A DNA stretch of 60,225 bases, filler included, from Sphacelaria rigidula (Eukaryota): assembly GCA_964200075.2 (NCBI GenBank). It is 7 parts of 7 records of this genome, joined end to end, with 100 filler letters (N's around TTAATTAATTAA, not from the genome) between each part and the next. Parts side by side here need not be neighbours in the genome. Positions count along the whole stretch, not along the records: positions 1 to 8,519 come from CAXNAA020010903.1; positions 8,620 to 17,138 come from CAXNAA020010904.1; 5 more parts are not named here. One strand, 5' to 3'. Each line of letters opens with the position of its first letter. Within the stretch, counting starts at the first letter, position 1. A model generated the notes under the pieces. The model ran no database searches. It was given only the letters and a program-made list of their open reading frames with translations, and had not been told where the DNA came from. Positions 1 through 12,771 of this stretch are shown here, piece after piece. A program made the translations under genes and the position numbers.

Positions 1-760
1 GCCACTTCCTGAGATAGCCACAGCTTATACACTGCCTCATGGGTGCCTCACCATTTAAACACTACGTGGAACGACCATCCACATTGTGCGGAGTTGAGGT
101 TATCCCACGCCGCACATGATATAGCTCGACTACCATCATGGTTGCCGCAAAAAAACGCAAGCGCGCAAAACAAAAAAGCGGTAATCTGGTTGCCTAGCTC
201 ACGTAGTGAACGGCGTGTTTCATAGCGTCATCGCCAACCGATACCAACCCCCTCGGGGGTCCGCCCCTACAAAGCCGGGACGGAGCACGCCGGGCTCTCG
301 CCGGACCAGGCTAATAGGGGCTATCGTAGAAAGTGTCATGTGCGTGTGCTGTAGACGTATCCCACACAAATAATCGCTTCTCATTGGATTCTAAACACAT
401 TTGTGCAAGCTCACACAATGTGCTCAGCTGACGGGCAGCTGCGGCCTCTTTTCGAACACTGGCATGTGCTACAGTACTAGCCGTAGTAATAGCAAGCCAC
501 ACCCCAAGAAAGGGATGTAGACAAGCTAGTCCTGTCTTCAGCTCGAAATATTCAGGCTGAAGACTCTCTGGTTTCAGCACACAAATAGCTGCTGTTTGGG
601 AAATTACAACCGATGCCGCCCTTGTGTTCATGATTGATCGCCAAAGTTATAAGCAAGGGGGCATAAGGTACACACGACTTGGGATGACTCACGTTTAGTC
701 AAATCGCGGACTTCAAGACACGGTAAAGGCGATGTTTGAAGGCTTGTCTTGGATCGGGGC

Positions 761-1155
761 TGTGGACACAAGTGAAAATCGGGGGGAGTGGTGAAGGACC
801 GCTGCTCGACGTTTACCCTGCCTCGCGTACAACCCTGCCATATTACAAAATCAGCCTAACGCGTGGCACTCTTAGCCAATCAAAGCTAGTAGTAGCGTGC
901 GCATGCGGCTGATCAAGTACAATTCGTATCCAACTTTGAACTGCTAGGTCAACATACAGCAAACCCAATTTCTACCTTACGCAAGCACACATTCGACCAG
1001 GATCATCTTTTCTTACTCGTTGGTCGTTCTGAAAACGATCGTTTTACCCCGAGGTGCTAGTTTAATTCTCACACGCGGCATATACCATTACATTAGCCCA
1101 CCTGGCTCATGACAAGTGCTGTACTTTTCAGAAGGGACGAACTTACATCGAGACA
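761..1155 (-). repeat. Candidate 3' LTR of the contig-1 Gypsy element
   Basis: On the minus strand a purine-rich tract (GGGAGTGGTG) is followed by TGTCTCGATGT at 1155, and the segment ends ...TGTGTCCACA at 761 (TG...CA). A similar start, TGTCTCGGTGT, follows a purine-rich tract downstream of the second Gypsy (~53776). No second LTR copy is available to confirm. Confidence 0.35.
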
Positions 1156-3130
1156 CACCACTCCCACGCCACAAAAAAGTGAGACTCATTTTCAAGTTCA
1201 AGTATCTTCGGTACGGGGAACGATAAGGTACGACCAACACAAAAAACAAAAAAACAAAAAAACAGCAATCGCACCTATTTACAAAGATGTAGACTCTTCA
1301 ATTGCCGTGAGCATTTCAGCGGAATCGTGAAGAAAAAAATCAACCCGATACATAAAAAACATTGTCCTCAAACGCTGTGAGCATTCAGGGCGAATAAGGA
1401 GAAATCAGAGGCCAACCATCGGAACGATCATCATACACTGCCATAACTATATCATATTTAGAAAGTGTTACTCTTTTCCGGAATTCCAGATTTTTCAGTT
1501 TCATTAGTATAAACAACAACACGCAAGCAAGCACGCCGGGGCATTACATCCCTGCAATAACCAGTTTATGCTAATCACTCGTCCCAGTCAGTCAGCAAAT
1601 CAACAACGTACAGCTGATTTGTCGCGGAAAGGAAAGTTTCATGCAAGAACCAGACGTTGAAAAAAAACAAAATACACATGATACGGACAAGATAACTCGA
1701 TTATCGTGAGTTCATTGTCGGTAGATGTGTGTGAGAGTGCAACGTGTTGCTAAATACGTCTAGAGATAATCCAGTCGTACAGGTTTTTTTTCTCACATAA
1801 ACGATATACGAAGACAGCCGGCCGGTTTGAGGGTCGGGTATTCGTACATGTCAAAAGAAATGCAATTGAGTTATACACAACCATCGGAGATGAATCCGAG
1901 GCGGATTGCTCAACACGTTTGTGAACCATCACAAATGCACGGAGAGAGAGGGCCAACGCAGTCCACTCCTCACGGTACTTGCCCGTTCGGACGAAGACGA
2001 TCTGGTTCGCTGGCTCAAAGTGGAGGAAAAAACCAGCAGGGCTTACCGTCACGTCGTATCGTCACTTAACAACCCCTGATGAAAACAAATCACCACCACA
2101 CCGATTTCAGAGGCGGGTGACCGTACGCTACAACTGATGTAGGCAGTGATGAGAAAAATAGCGAGTGGCGGACTCTGAGCCTGTAGGCTGTACTAATGGT
2201 CGAAACATCGACATGGCGGAACGGTTGGTTCCGGAAGAGTAATCTTTCCTAGAATGATACGCAATGGTCCTCTATGAGGAGACATTTGCAACGAAATATA
2301 CCACGACTTCGATGACAATTCCTCAACATCGTTACGTACGACGCGGTCAGGGGTGACCACGTTCAATTTACCAATCACCCAAGCATCAATCATCTAGTTG
2401 CATCGCATTCCACGTGACCCTTCCTATAAACGAGGTCGGTCGCACATGTGCAGGACTCGCAGACAAGGAGGCCAAGTGTTCTGGACCCGAGGGTCAGGAA
2501 CTTTGGAACACTCATTGCGAAATTCCCTAGATATAGACGCAGAAATCAAGACCAAAAAGAATCAAAAGAGGAGGAGTACACTTGGCAGCAGCGAAACTAA
2601 AGAAACGCAAAATGAAGCAGAAGAATAACATGTGGCGACCGTCCCTGTAAACGGAAGCGGTTGTCGCGTGTACGAAGCAGGTAGGGTCGAGTGCTGTAGC
2701 CAAGAAGGTCAAAGCGTTGTGGACTCTCGACCCCATTTACTACCGCCCATGTAACATAAAACCCAAAGCGGAACGCACACAAAAGAAGACACGTTACGAT
2801 CGATCCCGAAGAAGGCGGAGGCGGTATTCGTGTACGGAGCGATTGGACAAGAGCGCAAATACTCCAGACGGGGGGGTCAGGTATGTCAAGCGCTCGCTGC
2901 GGGAACTCTCGACCGATGAGACAAACAATTAAAAAAAAATGGCATTTTCAACAAAACGAGACAAAAGGTGCGCACGACGAAGAAAAGAAAGAAATCAATT
3001 CGTGGCAACTGTTCCAGTGTACGGAATGGTCGCGAGTGTACGGCGCGGAGGACGAAGATTCAAGTGCTACAGACTCGGGGTCAAGAATATTTGTGGAACG
3101 GTCGTCACGTAATACTCCGACATATGAAGC

Positions 3131-3168
3131 CAGAAATGACCAGAAATGACCAGAAATGACCAGAAATA
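3131..3168 (+). repeat. 10-bp tandem repeat (CCAGAAATGA) x ~3.8 within an A-rich low-complexity tract
   Basis: Direct reading: cagaaatgac cagaaatgac cagaaatgac cagaaat. Confidence 0.9.
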
Positions 3169-3899
3169 ACAAAAAAATATATAATCGAACACAAAAATGA
3201 AAAACAAAACACGAGACGGAGAAAAAAACAAAAGGAAGAGGAAACAAAGCAATACCAAACGACACAAAAGCAAAAACAAAACACAAAGAGAAGGTCCGAA
3301 GCCAAACAAACAAATACAAAAAACAGAAAACAAAAACCACCACTAAAGGAACGGGGGCTACATCGTACGGAAAAAAATGGGGGGTGAGGAGGGGAACACA
3401 TGGTTTTCCAACGACGCTACAGCGCAAGACAAGCCATTCGAACATGGTACACTACGCAAGGTGAGTGGGGAAGCAGACTCGGATGCTGCATCATGAGTCT
3501 TCTGCATCCCAAGCGGTGTCCATGTTGCGTAGAACGGCTGTGTCGAGATCGCTTTGGTCGTGTCGTTGGAGGCACTAAGATCCCCGGCGAGCGGTCGGTA
3601 CCTCGGTGTAGTAGGCATCGTCCAAGCGAATCTTAAGGGGGCTCGGGTCATCGAGTAAACGGATAAAGCAGGAGCTGTCAGATGCAGGATTGATCAAATG
3701 AATCTTACCCAACCACCAGAGTGAACGCAAAGTCTTATGCCAAAGTAAGCTCCCTTCGGCAAACGGTGTCTGTGAAAAGACTGCTTGTATTGTGAACGCG
3801 AAAGAAGGCTATATTCTTCTATGACGACCCACGCTGGGTGCTCACGTGCCAGTTCCCGAGCGGCACCTCCCTTGCGCATAGACCTATATCTCTTATTCA

Positions 3900-4090
3900 A
3901 CGGGCGGTGTTGGACGGCATATCCTACCAAGTACAGCAATATTTCCCGACGAAAATGACGCAAGTCAACTTCACGCTCCCATGTAACACGCATGATACCC
4001 TTCCAATGTGTTTGATACATTACCGCTATCTTACCACCACGGCCGCGGACCAGTTGGTGGCCCAAAATCCTATTTACCTCAACACGTTCC
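3900..4090 (-). pseudogene. Integrase C-terminal chromodomain
   Basis: EVNRILGHQLVRGRGGKIAVMYQTHWKGIMRVTWEREVDL matches the chromodomain pattern (V..IL.H ... Y...WKG ... TWE...DL). Confidence 0.8.
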
Positions 4091-4299
4091 AAGGGTGCGT
4101 CCGCATCCTCAACCGTCATATGTGCTACGACGGAGTTTTGATCGCACGCGTGGTCAACACATACTAGCTAAGCCCCAGCGGCAGTTGTTTGGGCATGTCC
4201 GAGGAGTCATGAGGGGGGATACACGGTTTGCATCGTAACATCGAGACGCGTTTTTCGGCTTCAAACCAGGTTCATCCGTGGTAAAATCTAAATACAAAC

Positions 4300-5582
4300 G
4301 TTTCGCTCCCACCAGACTTGTGTCGGGTGCGGTAGCGCTTGGACCATTAGCCAAAATTTCCCAAGGACCAGTTCAATCCAAGGAAAGTCTTGTTTACAAT
4401 ACTTTGTTTAAATATGATGTCTTTGTGCTAGCCCCTTGATTGATGGTCTTGACATCGTTATATATCCATGCCCATTGGCCTACCTTCCACACGGGCGGTT
4501 ATGTACCACATCATCCAACACCGAGTTCGCCCTGGCCACCTTGGCCAAATTGATTTGGTTCTGTTCTCGTACTACTTCATACAGCATTCAAGACAAAGAC
4601 CATTGCTAAGCGAGAAATGATACTCTACAACATCACGATCCAGACCCTGATGTCCGCCTGTATTTTTGCGTTCGAATATCGTTAAAGGTAACCTAGGCAT
4701 ACGTCCAATATGAATTTCATTCGGTGCCAATCCCGTAGCGGCATTGACTGAATTGTTTTAGTACATTTAGACAGGGGGCGGATGCAGATCCCAGTCCATC
4801 TGCCTCTCATCCGCCACAGCAGCAAGCATCTGTGCCATCGTATGGCTCACTCGTTCCGTTCCATCATTGGTGGGAGGGTGATACGAACTAGTAAAAACGT
4901 GATGGGCACCCAAAAGGTCACTGACTGCGGCCGAAAGTTAGCCGGAAAAATGCGGGCCGTTATCGGACAGTAATCGTTTGGGCACACCCCACTGTGGGAT
5001 GTACATGTATACAAGAATGTTGGCGGTACCTTCCGCGTTATAGCTACTGGCAGGGACAGCGTGCATCACCGCATGTCGACTAAATCTATCCGTAGACAGC
5101 AAAATATACTTATTACCACTATCCGTCAGGGGCAAAGGACCAAAATGGTCCCACAAAACTACTTCACTAGGCCCGTTTGGGAGTGGCATGGAAACAGTCG
5201 GCCAGCGAACTGTTTGACGAGAAGTTTTTCGCGCCTGACACAAAAGACAACGCCTCCCCCACCAATAGACATACTGATCTACACGAATCCACCAATAAAA
5301 ACGTTCAAGTATCTGGGAGGTCCTAACGGCGCCCAAATGAGTCGATGCCTGGGAATGGCGTTCGTGTAGAACCCATGGGCGCAGGAGCATCGGGACAGAG
5401 ATACGGATGGGTTCATCACCTAGCAATCGGGCATGTCGACTTGTAGGCTTCCCCCTAGGGAGGGCCGCTGTGGGCCGGCGAACTAAAAGAACTACACCAT
5501 CATCATCCGTATGCAGCATACCTTTCCGCGAAATTTCAGTAACTTCATCCTGTGTGGGGGCTTCGAGGTTCCCGACGGGCAA
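4300..5582 (-). pseudogene. Gypsy integrase (HHCC zinc finger and rve core)
   Basis: HERH...THLG...FYWW...CLLCQARK zinc finger; WDHFGPLP, STDRFSR and LLSDNGPHF catalytic-core motifs. Confidence 0.93.
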
Positions 5583-6429
5583 AAGGAATTCGGTTTATGA
5601 GAATGGACATGGGCAACCTTCGGATAGATAATGGATAGTTGATTTACAAGCAGGTTCTCCCTGTTGTTCCCAGGCCCAATCGGCGTGGGAGAAGAGGGTC
5701 TAACGTTCCTTCAATACGCCATCTGTTGAAGCGTCTACTTCGCGTTGGGTCGGGTCGGGGTGGGGGTGACACGAAGCGGTGATGTCGGAACCAAGGGTGA
5801 GCCTACCAGGTGGTGTATTCTCTGGCGGAACGTTAACGTCTACTCCTGGGTCGATTAGCGTGGTGGGTGTTGTGGTGGTGTTGTAAACATCATCACCAAG
5901 GGAGGGGGGCAAAGCCGTGGTTTCGGCTATGATTGACAAGGGAAGCACGGTCGGCGTCGGTTTTCCGGGTGCCTTGCGTCGTTGAGTTTGAGGAGGCGCA
6001 AGGAAACTATCGCGGACCGGGGTGGGGGCAGGGAGGGGAAGGTCAGGACCAGATACGGCTCAGTTTGTTGGCCGTTTCGGCGGTCCGCCGTCCATGAGTC
6101 CTACTTGAAATCAAATCTTGAACTTGAACTGGTAAGACGGGGTCAGTAAAGGACGCTTCTACACCTGCTGCGAAAAAATGCGTTGGCCAGTTGCACGAAA
6201 ATGATCATAGCCAACAGTATTCGTGGGCAGTCCATTCCAAACTGAGTACAACGATTGAGGTTGCAAACTGCCCAGAACTGATGCGTGGGCTGTGGTCGTC
6301 AGCCCACCCATGCCGAAAGCCCGCGTTTCTCTCAGTGAAAGTGGTGTGTAGAGACCTCTATGCCCATTCCTGCTGATGAAATATGCGATATCTTCGGTGG
6401 GATGGATGATACGGCCCATGGAGGATTCA

Positions 6430-7810
6430 TCGATAGGATGAGCCGGTGTGGGCAAGCGTGACAGAAAGTCGGCGTTTGCATTTTGCGGCCCTGTGCGATA
6501 TTTCAACTGGAAGTTGTAAGACGACAGGATTTCGAACCAGCGTTGTACCCTAGCGTTTTGTTCCGCCATTTTGGCGAGGCTTTCCAAAGACTTATAATCC
6601 GGATAAATCACAAACGGGATGTCATACAATTACTGACGCAGACGTCGCACGCCCCAAACAACTGCGCCGGCCTCTTGTTCTATGACAGACCAATCCTGTT
6701 CATTTGGTAAAGTGGTTCGACTCAGATATACAATGAGACGAACAGTAGCATCGTCTTGTTCCTGTTCTAATGTGCAGCCAAACCCAATTTTGGAAGAATC
6801 TGTGTGGTAACGAAAAGGGCGGGAACCATGTTCCGCGGCCGACCAGTCGGGGAAGATGAGAACCGGTGGGTGCAAAAGGGTGTCAAGAAGACGGTGGACG
6901 GTTTTTCCATTCCCAATGAAAACACAAATTTCTCCCCTTTTCTGAGGAGGGTGGTAGGGGGTTCGAGCGTTTGGGAAAGGTCTGGCAAGTACTGTCTGTA
7001 GTAGCTTAGACCTCCCAGCAAGGAACGCAGTTTGAGAAATGTCCCGGGGCATGGGCACATCGGCGAGTGCGGCGACCTTGTTGAGGTTTGGGCTACGACC
7101 TTCGGGGGTGATGCAATGACCGAGGCTCTCAATCTTCATGGCGCCAATGCGGGATTTGGAGGGAGCGAGTTTCGAGTTGTGTTGTTCAAACCGACCAAAG
7201 AATGATGACAATTGTTCGACGTGTTCGGCCGGTGTGGAGTCGTGGCACACCGCATCATCAAGGTACATATGGCATTTGGGCAATTCGTCAGTCACACGGA
7301 ACATCACACGTTGAAACGCACCTGGGGCTCTGGCGGCACCCTGTGGTGTAACTAGCCACTCGTACAAACCTGATGGCGAACAAAACGCCTTCAGTTCAAT
7401 GGAATTCCGATCCATCACAAGTTGATGGTAGCTGGACTGCATGTCAAAGTTCGAAAATACCTTACTCCCGCCAAGAGAGTCAATAACTTCGTCAATCCGT
7501 GGAGGAGGCAGCCGGGCGATTTTGGTGACAGCGCTCAATCGTTGATATTGACCGTCAGTCTGATTGAGCCATTCTTCTTGCAGACGACTACTGAAGGTGA
7601 GACCAATGGAGACGTCGAGTGCCGAATTAAACCGGCGGATAAGTAACCATCGAGAATTACTTTGATCTTATTCGCTAAGAGGGGGTTCGTACCGTACGAA
7701 CGCGTAGCGATTGGCGGAGTGCCATCAGGGATTTCGATTTTGAACGGCGTTGTGGTACATCGACCTAAATCCAAGTGTGCAGTAGAAAATCGTCCAGAAT
7801 ATCTAATCAA
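6430..7810 (-). pseudogene. Gypsy reverse transcriptase and RNase H (frameshifted)
   Basis: RT motifs: SPLVSPSVVVCKKNGSIRL, PPPRIDEVIDSLGGSKVFSNFDMQSSYHQL, GLYEWLVTPQG, HMYLDDAV. RNase H motifs: HTDSSKIGFGCTLEQ, WSVIEQEAGAVVWGV, YRTGPQNANADFLSR. Confidence 0.95.
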
Positions 7811-8519
7811 GATGGATCTCCGCCTATCGATTCCTGTGGGTATTCAGTCATCGCCGGATAGATCGAAAACAATATGCCGCAAATGAGGAGGGATCTTATC
7901 CCACAACTTTTGGAAACTGGCGCGTTGTTCTGGGGGAAATATACCCAGTAATGCAGTTGGAGGTTCAGATTCAGACGCATCTGGTGGGTTGTCACCACCA
8001 TGGGGTCAGGTATGTATAGCGGAGGGGGGCCCGTGGACTTCGGGGGGTCGGTTGACAAGTTAGTTGTTGTTCACAGGGGGCACACATCTGACAGGGCAGT
8101 TCGTAGGAGAGGCGCTTGAGCATAACCCAACAACTGTCCGTTGAGTATATCGGAACATACAGGGGACGTGAGGTAAATGGACTGCCGGCCCTCATGAACA
8201 AATATTTCGGCCTGTTCGAACGGACCAACCTGCGATGGGTCAGGTTTGAGCAATTCGATCAAAGAATGTCCTGTGAAGGCGGGCGATCCATTGCGTCTCA
8301 CAAGGTTCACATGGATAGGTTGGGGTTCACGAGAAAACGAGACTATAGGTTCAACAACATAGATAGTACAGACGGAAAGCATTATCTGTTTGCGTGGGGT
8401 CATCCTTGTAGGCATGAGCCCCCGAATCAGAGCCGAAGTGACCCAGTAACAGCCGATTTTATATTTTGGGGTTCAAACAAAATATGGGGCTGAAGTGGCA
8501 TATCTGTCTTGCACGAAAG

Positions 8520-8619
8520 NNNNNNNNNNNNNNNNNNNNNNNNNNNNNNNNNNNNNNNNNNNNTTAATTAATTAANNNNNNNNNNNNNNNNNNNNNNNNN
8601 NNNNNNNNNNNNNNNNNNN
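8520..8619. other. Artificial contig spacer
   Basis: 44 N + TTAATTAATTAA (stops in all six frames) + 44 N. Confidence 0.99.
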
Positions 8620-8749
8620 CGGTGCTTCGACCGGAAAGGGAATCATGCATAATAGTCAAACAAATAAAGGAAACAAAAAAAGTTGCCACCCCCCCCCCCC
8701 CCCATCCCCCCCTTCCTACGAATTTCCTTATCCTAACCATCGACATCAG

Positions 8750-8986
8750 GTGTCCATGCGTAGCGCCACGTCGATCGAACCCGCTTTTGGCTACTTGGCC
8801 GAGCCAGCTGCACAGGGGCTATCCTGGTACGTCACCTTTGCACCTGCCGCAGGGAAGATACCATCAATGATCGTTAGTACGGAGAACGGTCCTGAATCGA
8901 CAGTCGCGTCGGCAGGGACATTAACAGGGATGGATCCGACTGTGCGGGTGACGAAGGTTGTCGAGGGCGGCCTCCCGACAGAACTG
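8750..8986 (+). CDS. FN3/EVQ-repeat large protein, exon a (VSMRSATS...GLSWYVTF...VVEGGLPTEL)
   Basis: CCTAAC branch point and CAG acceptor at 8747-8749; 79 codons open. Probable non-canonical donor G|GCGAGT; an alternative GT donor lies at 8957. Confidence 0.75.
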
Positions 8987-9515
8987 GCGAGTTTCCATTC
9001 GGCCACTCAAGCCTACGACACACCGCAATAGTTCATATTGTCGTTCATGTTCGCGCCCGCATCGCCCGTAGGCGCGGCTGACGTAGAACTTGTCTTATTA
9101 CTTGCACGTTCACCTTACGCGCCACTGCGGTATTTTTATGGCTAGTCCATACCCCTCGTTGATCGTGCGTACATATAATCGTTTCCCAGGATATTACTAC
9201 TCTCGCGAAATACATACTGTATGTATATATACATACATCAGACCACTTTTACCCACTACGCTTATTTGGCTTTACTCCCACTGTACTGCAGAGATTCACA
9301 GCCCGTGGTCTTGCAATTGCGTAAGCCCAAACTTTGCACTATATTTACGGGACAAACTTTACCCTGAATATTGTACTTTCACAAGATACTAATTACATGT
9401 TTTGCCATAGTAAGGTTCGTGTCGATGCAAGGTTTGGTGTCAAAGTTTTCCAGGTTCGGAAGTCCACACGTTGTAACGCCTACTCCTGCACTCTTAATCC
9501 TCCTTTCCTTCTCAG

Positions 9516-9596
9516 ATCACTCCGGAGGGCGAGTTAGCCCCTGGAACGAAGTACGCCGTTAGAGTAAGAGCTTACAACGGCATAGAGTGGGGCGAG
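9516..9596 (+). CDS. FN3/EVQ protein exon b (ITPEGELAPGTKYAVRVRAYNGIEWGE)
   Basis: Pyrimidine tract plus CAG acceptor; GTAAGT donor. Classic FN3 motif L-x-P-G-T-x-Y-x-V-R-V-x-A-x-N. Phase 0/0. Confidence 0.93.
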
Positions 9597-10132
9597 GTAA
9601 GTTTCAAAGCTCCGTACGGAACCTTGCGAATAAGATTGGTCAGTTGCCCAAAATTGCACCACACACCGACGTAAATGTGCGAAGATAGAGCTAGTTTCAT
9701 CGCAGGAGCCTCGTTGAAGCATGTCGACCATGCCGCGGATTGAAATTATCAAGGAATGACATGATGTCATGCACACAACATACTCCGAAGGCCTGTGTAG
9801 TCAGATGTCATTCCGAAACCCAGTTCGAACAATCATGACGATCACCTGATGCGTTCCGCCGTTCTATACTACTTACTATGGTGCAAGGCCAAAGCATGAG
9901 CGATTATGCGTCTATGATGTCCATACACCAAGGTATTCGCTAGTAACACCGCGTTTCGATGAATATGCTACCGTTACCATCGGAGGGCGCAATCTCCCTC
10001 TGGCCGACTCGCTTGCCTCTCGAATGCTTGGCTCTTGGTCTAATAGCTGGAGCAGCAAACCTCAGTAGTCGTAACCCCCGCCCTCGTTCCCCACTATGCT
10101 CGTGGATTTCGATTTTGCTGTTTATTTGACAG

Positions 10133-10275
10133 GCACGAGTAGCGCCGTTTTTGACGTCGACCTCTGCGCGAACCCCTTCCCCTCCTGAATCAGTGAGCGT
10201 GAGCATCATTTCAGGCAGCGAACTGGGGGTATCTTGGACTACTCCGGCATCAGATGGGGGTGCTACCGTTACAAG
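10133..10275 (+). CDS. FN3/EVQ protein exon c (ARVAPF...PSPPESVSVSIISGSELGVSWTTPASDGGATVT)
   Basis: CAG acceptor and AG|GT donor. FN3 N-half with W..P..DGG. Phase 0/2. Confidence 0.92.
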
Positions 10276-10953
10276 GTACTATGGTGGTCACTTCTGGGTA
10301 GAGCCAATTTTCGTTAACACTAATACAACTGAGAAATCCATTGCTCGTTATTTGGTCATCTTTTTATCGTGAAATTTCATTCGGTTTTCGTGTTCTATGC
10401 GGTCATTTGGAATCATCGATTGCCGCGGGGGCCTTAGCACTGAAGAGGAAGCAGCGAATCAGGATACCATTTCTTGCAAAATCTGAGCTCTTTATCTTCC
10501 AGTTTCCCATCTTAATCTACGTGTCTACCCAGTCGTGTTTCCACGTATTGCTCCATGGGTCTTAGCTACTAGGGAGAAAACGGACGGTTTGTACCTGGTA
10601 CTGTAGCGGTCAGATTATTCCAGTCTGTGGTGACTGACCCGTTCATCTTTCGTGGTCCCTTTTTAGTCAAAATCGACTCAAGTCTTGGTCAATTTACACC
10701 TTCGCGATATTTCGGAACACGCTCAGTGTGATCGCCCAAGTCGGCAAGTAGAATATAACTATCTATGCCAACATCACATCCGAATTGGTTCCGACGGCGA
10801 CTTGATGGAGCAGTCTGTGATGCTCTCACGGATATCGTGCATCTGATGTTCAGAATCCATGAGGGAAAAACATTTCTACAACACTAAGCAAAGGACATCA
10901 GTTCCACATACGCTCAGTATGACCCAATCTCACCTCATATTCTCGACACCCAG

Positions 10954-11075
10954 GTATATCGTGCAATGGAGTTCAGACGATAATTTCGGGTCCGGAAGCG
11001 GTGAAGCCAAAGTTTCAGCCGAAACTGGCAACGATTCCAGCAGTGCCACGATGTGGATGACCTACACCATCGACG
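10954..11075 (+). CDS. FN3/EVQ protein exon d (RYIVQWSSDDNF...MTYTID)
   Basis: CAG acceptor and GTGAGT donor. Phase 2/1 is compatible with both neighbours. FN3 Y-x-V-x-W strand. Confidence 0.92.
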
Positions 11076-11631
11076 GTGAGTGGGGCGCATATGTGGAAAC
11101 GCACATAGCTTTATCGTAGTTACAGCTTGTGGCTGATTCGTGATGCATATCAAGTTGACTCCGTATGGCTGTTTCGGTCTGTTGCACGATCCGTTTCACC
11201 TAGTGCTACATGCATGTGCGTATGCAGGTGATGGTTATGTGGGTAATATCCATGGGGTAGTAGTAGTCATGCTGGCTCCGGCCAGCCGTTCGAAACGCGC
11301 TGTTGACCTAGAGCAGGCGTTGCATTATTGGAAAACCTTCTGACCGATACACTATGGGGCTGTGGGAACTAATCTCTCCTCGACTGTTGATCATGAGGTA
11401 CGTCAAGCAGGCATCAATGTAAATCATTCCTAATACTGTAGTGCTGCTCCGAGCGAGATAGCAAACGGTGCGAGCTACCTTCATATTACGCACTTCATAT
11501 TACCTCATATCCCGGCCGTTCCTTGATGTGCAGCCTTCGAAATATTTTCCGTTAACTTGGCCACATTTTGCAGCACTCTTTATTAAAATAACACGGTAAT
11601 CGGTGCGTCTCATCAAAACTGTCGCCTCAAG

Positions 11632-11735
11632 GTTTGGAAGAATCAAAAGCAATGTACGTGCGCGTCATCGCTTCAAACGCGGTTGGATTCTCGGAACCCG
11701 CTAACGCTATACCCCGAGGGTGGTCTCAGCACGAG
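11632..11735 (+). CDS. FN3/EVQ protein exon e (GLEESKAMYVRVIASNAVGFSEPANAIPRGWSQHE)
   Basis: AAG acceptor and GTATGT donor; phase 1/0. FN3 C-half (GL...YVRV.A.N.VG.S). Not present in the ORF track. Confidence 0.9.
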
Positions 11736-12609
11736 GTATGTCGGTTCGGGGCTGAAATCAGCCACGAAATTGGCCTAGAGTATGATATTCAATAGGGTGA
11801 TGTATCGATGGGCCAACCGATGTATCATGCTTCCTTGTCATCAACAAAATAAATTCAAATTTGTACAAAAATGACCGAAATGTTATCGTTGGCATGTTGA
11901 TAGATCGATATGTGAACTGGTATTGATCTCTTACACGTGTTTCTGGAGCCTAGATTCTCGTGAACAACACGAACCGACGAGGGGTTGAACATGGGTTCTT
12001 GAATTACACTTGTGGCCACAGCGACTCTAGCTCGAGAGGAGGTGACGTCGTGGCTACTGTATATCGAGCCATCTTTGGACTGCCATCAACGTAGAGAGAA
12101 GTGCTTACCAGTATAAGCATCCGTTCCGCCTGGTTTCATGGAGTTCGATGTCGACCCGGTGGTAAAAATGCGGAGTTGGGGATAATAGTAGCAGGCGTGT
12201 GTTCCTATTTTCTGAGGATCATACTGGTATCAAGTGGGCATGGCGAAAAAGCAAAGTAGCTGCAGGACCGAGATAGTGTGGCGATGGACGTGTTCTTTAA
12301 GAACCCCTCTTTTTGACGGTTCCAGCATTCCCGGTTGGAGGCCCTTGCGGATGCCGTTGTCAAACCAAAGCTTCGCAGTTGTTCCTATCTTGAGTGTTGA
12401 CAATCTCGGGTAAGTGAAGAAAGAGGTGTGTTCGTTCTGCATTCTGGGTGTCAATATTTTACCGCTTCGTCAAGCTGAAGTAAGAACCTGATCTGTAGGA
12501 CTATCGTATGGGTGCAATTTGGGCGTTGATGATAATACGTTCACACCGTACAACAATCTACTGGACGGTCAATGACTACCTCAAGTTGTCAGATATTCGT
12601 GAAACGCAG

Positions 12610-12771
12610 GTGCAACGCGTGGTGGTGACAGCCCAAGACAGTGGATCCTGTATTGCTGATCTTATTCCTTCTGAGGGTGGGAGTGGCACCTTCGGCCTTT
12701 CCTTCACAGATCCGTTCACGGGTAGGACGGAGAGGACCGATGCGCTTGATTTCGATACCCCTGCATCGGAG
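12610..12771 (+). CDS. FN3/EVQ protein exon f (VQRVVVTAQ...GTFGLSF...TDALDFDTPASE)
   Basis: CAG acceptor and GTAAAC donor; phase 0/0. Splicing recreates the E|VQ.V...G.F.L.F motif. Confidence 0.9.

Larger units (their letters stand above)
3555..8500 (-). mobile_element. Degenerate Ty3/Gypsy (chromovirus-type) LTR retrotransposon, pol region
   Basis: Domain order is RT, RNase H, integrase, chromodomain on the minus strand. There are many frameshifts and stops, and the 5' part is cut by the contig end. Confidence 0.95.

Noticed and set aside
2948..3445. Phe-rich membrane-protein ORFs
   Set aside because: They arise from the reverse complement of an A-rich low-complexity tract.
8564..8575. Recurrent TTAATTAATTAA motif as a biological signal
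   Set aside because: It is always centred in N-runs and is an assembly linker with stops in all six frames. ORFs ending in X-runs are artefacts.
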